64,000 bases of DNA, from contig NZ_JAJQXW010000002.1 of the NCBI RefSeq assembly GCF_021246445.1, forward strand, positions 682,001 to 746,000, read 5' to 3'. Of this stretch, positions 41,741 to 50,907 are shown piece after piece. A program made the translations under genes and the position numbers. Numbering within the stretch: the stretch's first letter is position 1; each line of letters starts with the position of its first letter. The notes below the pieces were generated by a model. The model was not told the origin of the DNA. It ran no database searches and worked only from the letters and a program-made list of their open reading frames with translations. Origin of the DNA: Rhabdothermincola salaria (GTDB taxonomy: Bacteria > Actinomycetota > Acidimicrobiia > Acidimicrobiales > Acidimicrobilacustridaceae).

Positions 41741-42793
41741 GTGATGAAGGTCGATCTGGGAGTGGCGCTGAGCGGACCCGTCGGGGTGGCCGACCAGGCC
41801 CGGGAGCTCACCGAGCTCGGCGCCGACGGCCTGTTCACCTTCGAGAACGCCCACGACGTGTTCTTCCCGCTGGTGCTGGCCAGCCAGGCCGTCGACGCCG
41901 ACCTGATGACCAACGTGGCCATGGCCTTCCCTCGCAGCCCCCTGCACCTGGCCTACGGCGCCAACGACCTGCAGCTGCTCACCGAGGGTCGGTTCCGTCT
42001 CGGCCTGGGTTCGCAGATCAAGCCCCACATCGAGAAGCGCTACGGCTCGCGCTGGGGCAAGCCCGTCGCCCAGATGCGCGAGTGGGTGCAGGCGCTGAAC
42101 ATGATGTTCGACCACTTCGAGGGCAAGGGCCCGTTCGACTTCCAGGGCGAGTACACCCGCCACACGCTCATGACTCCGAACTTCAACCCCGGGCCCAACC
42201 CTCACGGTCGTCCGCCGGTGCTGGTCGGGGCCCTCGGGCCCAAGATGTGCGAGATGACCGCCGAGGTGGCCGACGGCATCCTGGTCATGCCCTTCAACAG
42301 CGCCCGGCACATGAACGAGCGCACCGTGCCGGCCCTGCAGTCCGGCCTGCGCAAGGCGGGGCGCACCGGCGAGGAGCTCGAGGTGATCGCCGAGGTCATC
42401 GTGGCCACCGGCCGCGACGACGCCGAGCTGGCCGCGGCCGCCGCCGGCGTGCGCTACCTCCTCGGCTTCTACGGCTCGACCCCGTCCTACAAGCCGGTCC
42501 TCGACGTGGAGGGTTGGGGCGAGTACCAGCCCCGGCTCAACGGCCTGTCCAAGCAGGGCGACTGGCAGGGCATGGCCGACCTCATCACCGACGACATGGT
42601 GTCCACCATCTCGGTGTTCGGCACCCCGAAGCAGGTCGCGGCGGAGATCCTCGACCGCTTCGGGCCCCACGCCTCGCGGGTGTGCTGCTACTTCCCCGGC
42701 TACGACATCGACCCGGAGACCATGGCCGAGCTCCTCCGCGCCATCAAGGACGGCTCGGCCGCCCGCGACGACCTGGGCGGCGTACGGGCATGA
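41741..42793 (+). CDS. LLM-class F420-dependent oxidoreductase (MSMEG_2256-like)
   Basis: ENAHDVF, AMAFPRSP, LGLGSQIKPHIEKRYG, HTLMTP.F, FYGSTPSY. Confidence 0.88.
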   Translation: MMKVDLGVALSGPVGVADQARELTELGADGLFTFENAHDVFFPLVLASQAVDADLMTNVAMAFPRSPLHLAYGANDLQLLTEGRFRLGLGSQIKPHIEKRYGSRWGKPVAQMREWVQALNMMFDHFEGKGPFDFQGEYTRHTLMTPNFNPGPNPHGRPPVLVGALGPKMCEMTAEVADGILVMPFNSARHMNERTVPALQSGLRKAGRTGEELEVIAEVIVATGRDDAELAAAAAGVRYLLGFYGSTPSYKPVLDVEGWGEYQPRLNGLSKQGDWQGMADLITDDMVSTISVFGTPKQVAAEILDRFGPHASRVCCYFPGYDIDPETMAELLRAIKDGSAARDDLGGVRA

Positions 42794-43662
42794 GCGCGGC
42801 GGACGAGGTCGGTTCGCAGCGCATCGACCTCGGCACCGACGACCTCCTGCTCGATCTGCGCGACGACGGCGTGGCCGTGGCCACCCTCAACCGCCCCGAC
42901 ACCCGCAACGCCTTCAGCGGGGCCATGGGCTCGGCGCTGGCCGAGGTCTACCGTCGAGCCGACACCGACGACGCCATCCGGGTGGTCGTGCTCACCGGCA
43001 CCCCGCCCGCCTTCTGCGCCGGCGCCGACTTCTCGTCGGGCAGCGACGTGTTCGAGCGCAGCGACACCCCCACCGAGTTCAGCGCCAACCCCGTGCACCC
43101 CACCGCCTGGCAGATCCGCAAGCCGGTCATCGCCGCGGTGAACGGCCACGCCATCGGCCTCGGCCTCACCCTCACCCTGCACTGCGACATGCGGTTCATG
43201 GCGCTCGACGCCAAGTACGGCATCGTGCAGGTGCGGCGCGGCGTGATGCCCGACGCCATGAGCCACTGGACGCTGCCGCGCATCGCCGGCATGGCCAACG
43301 CCGCCGACATCCTGCTCACCGGGCGCACCTTCACGGGAGCCGAGGCCCAGTCCCTCGGTGTGGCCAACAGGGTCCTGCCCAACGACGAGGTGCTCCCCGC
43401 TGCTCTCGAGGTGGCCCACGACATGGCGGTCAACACCGCGCCGGTGTCGGTGGCCGTGGCCAAGCGCCTGCTGTGGGGCTCGTTCGGTCTCGACCCCGGC
43501 CAGGTCGAGCGGGCCGAGACCGAGCTGCACCTGCACATCATGGGCGAGCCCGACGCCCGCGAGGGGGTCAACGCCTTCCTCGAACGGCGCGACCCCGAAT
43601 GGACCATGACCGTCAACGACAACTGGCCGGCCGCCTGGCCCGGCCCGGAGGACGTGCTGTGA
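42790..43662 (+). CDS. Enoyl-CoA hydratase/isomerase family
   Basis: LNRPDTRNA, FCAGADF, KPVIAAVNGHAIG, DAREGVNAFLERRDP; ATGA overlap. Confidence 0.92.
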   Translation: MSAADEVGSQRIDLGTDDLLLDLRDDGVAVATLNRPDTRNAFSGAMGSALAEVYRRADTDDAIRVVVLTGTPPAFCAGADFSSGSDVFERSDTPTEFSANPVHPTAWQIRKPVIAAVNGHAIGLGLTLTLHCDMRFMALDAKYGIVQVRRGVMPDAMSHWTLPRIAGMANAADILLTGRTFTGAEAQSLGVANRVLPNDEVLPAALEVAHDMAVNTAPVSVAVAKRLLWGSFGLDPGQVERAETELHLHIMGEPDAREGVNAFLERRDPEWTMTVNDNWPAAWPGPEDVL

Positions 43663-44588
43663 GCGAGCAGACCACCCCCCGCACCACCGACGACGTCCTG
43701 GCGGGCGTCGACCTCTCCGGTCGCACCGCCCTGGTCACCGGCGCCACCACCGGGCTCGGCTTCGAGACGGCCCGCGCCCTCGCCGCCGCCGGCGCCCACG
43801 TGGTGATGACCGCCCGCACCGCCGAGAAGGGCGCCGACGCCGTGGCCCGCCTGCGCGAGCGGGTGCCCGAGGCGTCGGTCGAGGCCGGCGTCGTCGAGCT
43901 CGGCTCCCTGGCCAGCGTGCGGGCCTTCACCGACGAGCTCAGCGGGCGCATCGACGAGCTCCACCTGCTGGTGGCCAACGCCGGGATCATGATGCCGCCT
44001 CTCGGTCGCACCGAGGAGGGCTTCGAGCTGCAGTTCGGCACCAACCACCTCGGCCACTTCCTGTTGGTGAGCCGGCTCATGCCCGCGCTGTTGGCCGGTG
44101 CCCCCTCACGCGTCGTGGTCCTCAGCTCCGGCGGGCACCAGGCCTCCGGCGTCGACCTCGAGGACCCCAACTACGAGCATCGGCCCTACGCCAAGATGGA
44201 GGCGTACGGGCAGTCCAAGACGGCCAACGTGCTCTTCGCCCTCGAGCTCGATCGGCGCTACGCCGACCGAGGCGTGCACGCCTGGTCGGTGCACCCGGGG
44301 ATGGTCCGCACCGACCTCGGTCGCAACTTCACCAAGGACGACTACGCCGAGATGGCCGGTCGGGCCAAGTCGGCCGGCACCTCCCTGCCCCCGCTGTACG
44401 AGGTGGAGCAAGGGGCGTCCACCAGCGTGTGGGCGGCCACGGCCCCGGAGCTCGACGACCAGGGTGGCGCCTACCTGGCCGACTGCGCGGTGGCCCCCGC
44501 CGCCGCGCACGCCACCGACCCGGAGGTGGCCGCGAAGCTGTGGTCGCTCTCCGAGGAGCTGGTGGGCGAGGCGTTCCCGACGTCGTGA
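43659..44588 (+). CDS. SDR oxidoreductase (retinol dehydrogenase-like)
   Basis: TGATTGLG, NAGIM, GFELQFGTNHLGHF, YGQSK, VHPG; GTGA overlap. Confidence 0.92.
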   Translation: MSEQTTPRTTDDVLAGVDLSGRTALVTGATTGLGFETARALAAAGAHVVMTARTAEKGADAVARLRERVPEASVEAGVVELGSLASVRAFTDELSGRIDELHLLVANAGIMMPPLGRTEEGFELQFGTNHLGHFLLVSRLMPALLAGAPSRVVVLSSGGHQASGVDLEDPNYEHRPYAKMEAYGQSKTANVLFALELDRRYADRGVHAWSVHPGMVRTDLGRNFTKDDYAEMAGRAKSAGTSLPPLYEVEQGASTSVWAATAPELDDQGGAYLADCAVAPAAAHATDPEVAAKLWSLSEELVGEAFPTS

Positions 44589-44640
44589 CGTCTCGGTGGC
44601 GCCCGAACCGGCCGGCCGAGGTGGGCCGCCGGTTCTGGCG

Positions 44641-45300
44641 TCAGCGCGCCCGGCGGGTGAGCTGCTCGCGGTTGGTGATGCGGTAGCGGCGCTCGGCCTG
44701 GTCGATCCACCCCAGGCGCACGAAGCTGGCGATGGCCTTGTTCACCCGCTCGCGGGAGGCGCCCACCATGCCGGCGAGCTCTTCCTGGGTGATCGGCAGC
44801 GAGAACTCGTCGGCCTCACCGGCCAGCTCGAGCAGGCGCTTGGCCGTGCGCCCGGTGACATCGAGGAACACCGAGTCGGCCAACTGGTTGTCGGTGTTGC
44901 GCAGACGGCCGGCCAGCAGCTCCACCACGTTCCACAGCAGCTCGGGGCGCTTTTCGTAGATGGAGCGCAGCGGCTCGTAGGGGATGGCGGTGACCGCGGA
45001 GGGCTCGAGGGCCCGAGCCTCGGCCGAGCGGAGCATGCGGTCGAACAGCGGCATCTCGCCGAAGAGGTCGCCCCTCTCCATGAGCGCCACCACGGACTCG
45101 CGCCCGTCGTCGGACTTGTTGGCGATGGCGATGCGGCCGGACTCGACGACGAAGAGCTCGGTGGCCTCGTGGTTCTCGGTGAAGATCACGTCGCCCCGGT
45201 TGAGGGCGCGGGTCTGCGCCGCCGCCACCAGGTCGTCGAGGGCGGCGCCCTCGAAACCCTTGAAGAACTCCACATCGCTCAACAGCCGAGGTTCCACCAC
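44641..45300 (-). CDS. Crp/Fnr family regulator (Crp/GlxR-like)
   Basis: GDLFGEMPLFD..RSA cNMP pocket, VFLDVTGRTAK.LL, TQEELAGMVGASRERVNKA. Confidence 0.93.
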   Translation of the reverse strand: MVEPRLLSDVEFFKGFEGAALDDLVAAAQTRALNRGDVIFTENHEATELFVVESGRIAIANKSDDGRESVVALMERGDLFGEMPLFDRMLRSAEARALEPSAVTAIPYEPLRSIYEKRPELLWNVVELLAGRLRNTDNQLADSVFLDVTGRTAKRLLELAGEADEFSLPITQEELAGMVGASRERVNKAIASFVRLGWIDQAERRYRITNREQLTRRAR

Positions 45301-45432
45301 GAGCGGCGATCCTACCCGGACGCTCGGTGGCGTGCGCGGCGACCGTCCCGGCCACCGGACCTCGCCCGTAGGGGCCGCGACGGCGAACTAGCCTCGACGA
45401 GCCAGGACCCGGGACGATGCGCAGGGAGCAGC

Positions 45433-45912
45433 ATGCCGTTCGACGTCGGTGACAAGGTCGTCTACCCGCACCACGGTGCGGCGGTGATCGAGCGCAAGGA
45501 GTCCAAGGAGGCGTTCGGCGAGCAGCGGGAGTACTTCGTGCTGCGCCTCGCCTACGGCGAGCTGACCCTGATGGTCCCGGTCGACAACACCGACGAGGTC
45601 GGCCTGCGCGAGGTCATCACCGCGGAGGAGGTCGAGGAGGTCTACGACGTCCTGCGCAAGAAGGACGCGCGCATGCCCACCAACTGGTCGCGACGCTTCA
45701 AGAACCACGTCGAGAAGCTCAAGTCCGGCGACGTGTACCAGGTGGCCGAAGTGGTGCGGAACCTCACCCTGCGCGACAACGACAAGGGGCTCTCCGCCGG
45801 CGAGAAGCGCATGTTGGCCAAGGCCCGCCAGATCCTCGTGTCGGAGCTCACCTTCGCGCTCGAGCTCACCGAAGAAGAGGCCGAGGCCCAGCTCGACGGA
45901 GTCCTCACCTGA
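45433..45912 (+). CDS. carD: CarD transcription factor
   Basis: FDVGDKVVYPHHGA, VP..VGLR, NWSRR, VAEVVRNL, LSAGEKRML.KARQIL.SE. Confidence 0.96.
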   Translation: MPFDVGDKVVYPHHGAAVIERKESKEAFGEQREYFVLRLAYGELTLMVPVDNTDEVGLREVITAEEVEEVYDVLRKKDARMPTNWSRRFKNHVEKLKSGDVYQVAEVVRNLTLRDNDKGLSAGEKRMLAKARQILVSELTFALELTEEEAEAQLDGVLT

Positions 45913-46676
45913 CCGCCTCCCCGACCGGCGCCGCCGGAGACAGCTCGGCTGCGTCCGACGAGGGCCCGCTCGACGGGCCGGTCTGGGCCATCGTGCTCGG
46001 GGCGGGCCAGGGCCGTCGCTTCGGGGGCACGGTGCCCAAGCAGTACGAGCGCCTGGGACGCGAACGGGTCATCGACCGCTCGCTGTCCACCGCCCGGGCG
46101 GTGGCCGACCACGTGGTGGTGGTGCTGGCCCGTGGCGACGACGACGAGGGCGTGGCGCTGGTGGACGCCGGCGTCGCCGACGTCGCCGTCCCCGGCGGCG
46201 CCGAGCGAGCCGACTCCGTGCGCGCCGGCCTGTCCGTGGTGGACGCCGACGCGGCCGTCGTGGTGGTCCACGACGCCGCCCGGCCGCTGGCGTCCCCGGC
46301 GCTGTACCGCTCGGTCGTCGACGCGGTGCGCTCCGGCGCCGACGCCGCCATCCCCGCCGTCGCCGTCACCGACACCATCAAGCGGGTCCATCCGGCGCCG
46401 GTCGAGATGGGCGCGGCCGTCGAAGGTCTCGACGTGGTGGCCGAGACGCTCGATCGCGACGAGTTGGTGGCGGTGCAGACGCCGCAGGCGTTCCGGGCGG
46501 CGATCCTGCGACGGGCCCACGCCGATGCGGGCGCCGCCACCGACGACGCCGGCCTCGTGGAGGCGGCCGGAGGATCGGTGGTGGTGGTGCCGGGTGAGGG
46601 CACGAACCTGAAGATCACCGGTCGCCACGACCTGGTCGTGGCGGCGGCGCTGCTCGACCTGCTCGGCGAAACGTAG
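45909..46676 (+). CDS. ispD: 2-C-methyl-D-erythritol 4-phosphate cytidylyltransferase (probable CTG start; first canonical start 45993)
   Basis: VWAIVLGAGQGRRFG..PKQ, GG.ER..SV, VHDAARP, DTIK, VQTPQAF, TDDA, NLKIT. Confidence 0.9.
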   Translation: MTASPTGAAGDSSAASDEGPLDGPVWAIVLGAGQGRRFGGTVPKQYERLGRERVIDRSLSTARAVADHVVVVLARGDDDEGVALVDAGVADVAVPGGAERADSVRAGLSVVDADAAVVVVHDAARPLASPALYRSVVDAVRSGADAAIPAVAVTDTIKRVHPAPVEMGAAVEGLDVVAETLDRDELVAVQTPQAFRAAILRRAHADAGAATDDAGLVEAAGGSVVVVPGEGTNLKITGRHDLVVAAALLDLLGET

Positions 46677-46685
46677 CCTGAGGTC

Positions 46686-47174
46686 ATGACCGTTCGCGTC
46701 GGGCAGGGCTTCGACATCCATGCCTTCTCCGACGATCCCGGGCGGCCGTTGGTGCTCGGTGGCGTGCACTTCGAGGGCGAGCGAGGCCTCACCGGCCACA
46801 GCGACGCCGATGCGGTCGCCCACGCCTGCGCCGACGCCCTGCTCGGCGCCGCCGGCCTGGGGGACATCGGTCAGCACTTCCCCGACACCGACCCGCAGTG
46901 GGCCGGGGCCGACAGCGTCGGGTTGTTGGCCGAGGTGGCCGCTCGGGTGCGCGCCGCCGGGTGGGAACCGGGCAACGTCGACTGTGCCGTGATCTGTGAG
47001 CGCCCGAAGCTGGCGCCGAGGAGGGACGAGATGCAACGCACGCTCACCGAGGCGGTCGGCGCCCCCGTCACCGTCAAGGGCAACCGGGCCGAGGGCCTCG
47101 GCGCCATCGGGCGCGTCGAGGGCCTGGCGTGCGTCGCCGTCGCCGTCGTCACCGCGTCGGGGTCGGGATCGTGA
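46686..47174 (+). CDS. ispF: 2-C-methyl-D-erythritol 2,4-cyclodiphosphate synthase
   Basis: RVGQGFDIH, GHSDAD..HA..DALLGA, GDIG.HFPD, PKL, EGLG..GR.EG. Confidence 0.96.
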   Translation: MTVRVGQGFDIHAFSDDPGRPLVLGGVHFEGERGLTGHSDADAVAHACADALLGAAGLGDIGQHFPDTDPQWAGADSVGLLAEVAARVRAAGWEPGNVDCAVICERPKLAPRRDEMQRTLTEAVGAPVTVKGNRAEGLGAIGRVEGLACVAVAVVTASGSGS

Positions 47175-48214
47175 CCCCGCCTCGCGGCTCGGGCAAGGGC
47201 AAGGGCGGTGCCGGCAAGGGCGGACGAGGCGGTCCTCCCGGTCGCGGCGCTCCGGCCGGGCGGGGCGCCAAGGGCGCGGGACCGGCCAAGAAGGCGGCCA
47301 AGCCCCTGTCGCCGGCGGCCAAGAAGGCGGTGGAGGCCAAGCGGACCAAGCACGCGGCGGCGTCGGTGCGCAAGGCCGACCGCCCCGGAGGCGGCCCCCG
47401 GCGGGTGGCGTCGGGCCCGCGCGAGCCGGGCCGCCGGGGACCGAAGAACGACGGGATCGGCGGCGACCAGGTCGAGGGCCGTCAGGCCGTGCGGGAGCTG
47501 CTCCTGGCCGGCTCCCGACGCATCCGCGAGATCTACGTCGCCGAGGACCAGGACGACAACGAGGTCCTGGGCGACATCGTGGAGCTGGCCCTCGACCTCA
47601 AGGTGCCGGTGCGCGAGGTCACTCGCACTCGTCTCTTCGCCGAGGCCCGCACCGACGCCCCCCAGGGGGTGGTGGCCAAGGCCCAGGCGCTGAAGGAGTG
47701 GGACGTCGACGACCTGGCCCGCCGGCCGAGCCCGTCAGGGGCTCCGCCGTTCCTGCTGGCCGTCGACGGCGTGACCGATCCGGGGAACCTCGGGGCGCTG
47801 CTGCGCTCGGCGGAGTGCGCCGGGGTGACCGGCGTCGTCCTGCCCCGGCACCGGGCCGTGCACGTCACCCCCACCGTCACCAAGGCCGCCGCCGGAGCCG
47901 TCGAACACCTCCCCATGGCGCTGGTGGGCGGCCTCCCCAACGCCCTGCGCGGGCTGCGCGACGCCGGGGTGTGGGTCATCGGCCTCGATGCCGGCGGCGA
48001 CACCGACCTGTTCGACCTCGAGGTCGCCGACCAGGCCGTCTGCCTGGTGCTCGGCGCCGAGGGCAAGGGCCTCTCCCGGCTGGTGCGCGAACGGTGCGAC
48101 GCGGTGGCCGGCATCCCGCTGTTGGGCCAGCTGGCATCGCTCAACGTGGCCGCGGCCGGCGCCCTGGCCTGCTACGAGGTCACCCGCCGGCGGCTGGCAT
48201 CGCCCCGCCCGTGA
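47171..48214 (+). CDS. rlmB: 23S rRNA (G2251)-2'-O-methyltransferase with long basic N-terminal extension
   Basis: EGRQAVRELL, PQGVVA, DGVTDPGNLGA..RSA, KAAAGA, GAEGKG, SLNVA. Confidence 0.92.
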   Translation: MTPPRGSGKGKGGAGKGGRGGPPGRGAPAGRGAKGAGPAKKAAKPLSPAAKKAVEAKRTKHAAASVRKADRPGGGPRRVASGPREPGRRGPKNDGIGGDQVEGRQAVRELLLAGSRRIREIYVAEDQDDNEVLGDIVELALDLKVPVREVTRTRLFAEARTDAPQGVVAKAQALKEWDVDDLARRPSPSGAPPFLLAVDGVTDPGNLGALLRSAECAGVTGVVLPRHRAVHVTPTVTKAAAGAVEHLPMALVGGLPNALRGLRDAGVWVIGLDAGGDTDLFDLEVADQAVCLVLGAEGKGLSRLVRERCDAVAGIPLLGQLASLNVAAAGALACYEVTRRRLASPRP

Positions 48215-48807
48215 CCGGGCGCCGCTCAGCACGGTCGGCGGCGGCGCTGGGGGTGCTGGCCCTGGTGGTCGTCGGGTGCAGCGACAGCGGGAGCGACGAG
48301 GACGGTCCCGCACTTCCCGCCACGGCGACGACCCTGGTGCCCTCGAGCACCGGTGATCGCTGCGACGACCCCACCGACGATCTCGACGCTCCCGGGGTGC
48401 CCGACGACGTGCGGGCCTCGCTCTCGGGCATCGACCTGGTGGGCGCATCGGCCGTCGTGGAGGGCGACGAGCTCCTCGTCCGCTTCGACGTCGCTGGTCC
48501 CCTCGCCGAGGTGGCCGACCCCACCTTCGTGGTGGCCCAGGGCGATCCGCTCGAGTCGCTCAGCTTCGAGCTGCGCCTCACCCGCACCGACGGCGACTGG
48601 TCGTCGACGCTGGTCACCTGGCCCTCGGGTCGCGAGCAACGCCAGGAGGCCGGGCTGGAGATCGAGGCCGAGGACACGGCGATCGCCACGTCCCTTCCGC
48701 TCTCGGCCCTGCCGCCGATCGCCTTGTCGCTCCAGTTCGGCGCGGCCGCGGAGCTGCCCGACGGCACGATCGTCATCGACGACTGCAGCAGCCTCGGCGG
48801 TTCCTGA
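48211..48807 (+). CDS. Hypothetical lipoprotein
   Basis: Lipobox VVVGC, Pro/Thr linker, beta-rich body with CDDP..DDC cysteine pair; GTGA overlap with rlmB. Confidence 0.65.
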   Translation: MTGRRSARSAAALGVLALVVVGCSDSGSDEDGPALPATATTLVPSSTGDRCDDPTDDLDAPGVPDDVRASLSGIDLVGASAVVEGDELLVRFDVAGPLAEVADPTFVVAQGDPLESLSFELRLTRTDGDWSSTLVTWPSGREQRQEAGLEIEAEDTAIATSLPLSALPPIALSLQFGAAAELPDGTIVIDDCSSLGGS

Positions 48808-48856
48808 CCCGGCCCGGCCCGTTCATGGACGCGTCACCTCGCTGTCGCTCGGGGTT

Positions 48857-48885
48857 TTGACCGCTCCTGGTGGCCCTCGTAGGGT
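48857..48885 (+). promoter_or_regulatory. SigA-type promoter of binding protein 1
   Basis: TTGACC-N17-TAGGGT; conserved in the duplicated copy. Confidence 0.75.
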
Positions 48886-48993
48886 CGCCGCCGACGGAAG
48901 TCGTCAGTCCGGGGGGCCGGGTCGGGAGGGGCACAGCGCGTGACCGCTCTGCCGATCGGCCGCCCTCGGGCTCCATCTCTGAGGGGGATCCTT

Positions 48994-50595
48994 GTGAAGC
49001 CGAAGACGTTCGCGCCGCTGGCACTGCTGCTGGCGCTGACCATGGTGGCGGCCGCATGCGGCGGCGACGGCGACGAGAACGGCGGCGGCGAACCCGGCAC
49101 CACCGAGGAGGCCAGCGGCGAGCGCTGCGAGGCCACCGTGCCCGGTACCCAGGTCGACTACGGCGTGTACGCGCCGACGCCGTCGCTCGATCCGCCCTAT
49201 GTGAGCGGTGGCCTGGTGGGGGGCACCCAGCTCCTCAACGTCTACGACGTGCTCTTCACGTTCGACTTCGAGGCCAACACGTTCGAGCCCCGGGTGGCGG
49301 AGTCGCTCGAGCCCAACGACGACTTCACGGTGTGGACGCTCAAGCTGCGTGACGACATCACCTACAGCGACGGCACCGCCCTCGACGCCCAGATGGTGTC
49401 GGACAACATGGACCGCTACCTGCAGGAGGGCGTGCGCAACTCCTCGGGTGGCTTCATGACCACCATCGAGGACAAGACGGTCGTCGATCCCCAGACCCTC
49501 GAGATCACCTTGTCCAAGCCGTGGTCGGAGTTCCAGTTCGTGTTCGCGGACGAGCCCGGCTACGTCGTGAACCTCAACGCCATCGGTGACGACGCCGAGG
49601 CCTTCGGTGTGGAGCCCCCGGATGCCGCCGGCATCGGCCCCTACGTCGTCGAGCGCAACGTGCCCGGCGAGGAGCTGGTCATGACCGCCCGCGAGGACTA
49701 CTGGGACGGCCCGGTGTGCATCGAGACCCTGCGGTTCGTGTTCGTGCCCGGCGCCCAGGCCACCTACGACGCCTTCCAGGCGGGCGACGTGAACGTGGCC
49801 TTCCTGCGTGACGAGCCGGTGATCGCCGAGGCCGTCGATGCCGGCACCGAGAGCTTCTTCATCGAGCCGCAGGCCGGTGGTGCCTTCATCGTCAACCACG
49901 ACGAGGGCCGGCCCGGTGCCGACGTCAAGGTGCGCGAGGCCATCGGCCTGGCCGTCGACATCGACGTCGTCAACGATCGGGCCTTCGACGGTGACATGGC
50001 GGTCTACAAGGCCCTCGTGGCCCCGGACTCGCGGTTCTACTCCGACGCCATCGAGGAGATGGCCACCGACCTCGAGGGTGCCCAGGCGGCGCTCGAAGAG
50101 GCCAAGGCCAACGGCTACGACGGCCAGATCGAGGTGCTGTGCGCCAACGCCCCGCCCGCCCCGGAGACCGCGTTGTCCCTCGAGGCGCTGCTCGAGTCGG
50201 CCGGGTTCGACGTCAACGTCACCACCATCCCGACCTCCGACCAGATCGGTCAGGTCATCCAGGGTGACTACGACATCGCCTGCTGGGGTCTCAACGCCGG
50301 GGCCGAGACCGGGATCACGGCCCTCAACCTCAACCTGCGCTCCGACAGCCCCTCCAACCGGGTGGGCTACGAGAGCGCCGAGATGGACGAGGCCCTCGAC
50401 GCCCTCTTCGCCGCTCCCGACGAGGAGGCCCGCCAGGAGGCCGTGGCCGAGATCAACTCGATCTACAACGAGGACTGGGTGGGCGTGATCTACGGCGCTC
50501 CCCGCGAAGGCATCATCTGGGCCGACGACGTCGAGGGGATCATCCCCACCACGGCTTCGACGTTCCTGTTCGCCAACGCCTACATCAACAGCTAG
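48994..50595 (+). CDS. ABC transporter substrate-binding lipoprotein (family 5, Dpp/Opp), copy 1
   Basis: Lipobox AAACG, SLDP, P..AES, WTLKLRDDITYSDGT, GIGPY, DVKVREAI; GAGGGGG RBS. Confidence 0.93.
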   Translation: MKPKTFAPLALLLALTMVAAACGGDGDENGGGEPGTTEEASGERCEATVPGTQVDYGVYAPTPSLDPPYVSGGLVGGTQLLNVYDVLFTFDFEANTFEPRVAESLEPNDDFTVWTLKLRDDITYSDGTALDAQMVSDNMDRYLQEGVRNSSGGFMTTIEDKTVVDPQTLEITLSKPWSEFQFVFADEPGYVVNLNAIGDDAEAFGVEPPDAAGIGPYVVERNVPGEELVMTAREDYWDGPVCIETLRFVFVPGAQATYDAFQAGDVNVAFLRDEPVIAEAVDAGTESFFIEPQAGGAFIVNHDEGRPGADVKVREAIGLAVDIDVVNDRAFDGDMAVYKALVAPDSRFYSDAIEEMATDLEGAQAALEEAKANGYDGQIEVLCANAPPAPETALSLEALLESAGFDVNVTTIPTSDQIGQVIQGDYDIACWGLNAGAETGITALNLNLRSDSPSNRVGYESAEMDEALDALFAAPDEEARQEAVAEINSIYNEDWVGVIYGAPREGIIWADDVEGIIPTTASTFLFANAYINS

Positions 50596-50651
50596 CCGCA
50601 GCGAGGATCGACCCCGGGGGCAGGCGCGGGCCGCCCCGGGGTCGGTTCCCT
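50596..50651 (+). terminator. GC-rich stem-loop after binding protein 1 (repeated after copy 2)
   Basis: GGATCGACCCCGGGG...CCCCGGGGTCGGTTCC; no U-tract. Confidence 0.6.
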
Positions 50652-50763
50652 GGCGTTCGACGACGTCAGCGGAGCCAGATCCAGTAGCCGGGCACCTGGT
50701 GGAACCGGCCCGGCCGCCGCGGTCGGGCGTTCACTCGTCGGCCATCCGCCGGTCGGGTGGTGT

Positions 50764-50792
50764 TTGACCCCCCGCGGAGGCCCTCGTAAGGT
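50764..50792 (+). promoter_or_regulatory. SigA-type promoter of binding protein 2
   Basis: TTGACC-N17-TAAGGT. Confidence 0.75.
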
Positions 50793-50907
50793 CGCCGCCG
50801 ACGGCGAGAGCCGTCGGGCTCGGGGGCACTGGGCCACCGCGGCGTGCGGAGCACTCGTGCGCGTCGGGTCCACCGACCCTGGTCGTTCACTCTTGAGGGG
50901 GATGCTC

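Noticed and set aside
45453..46676. Programmed -1 frameshift fusing CarD to IspD
   Set aside because: The frame is open but I see no slippery heptamer; open -1 frames are expected at this GC content, and a CTG start with RBS explains it better
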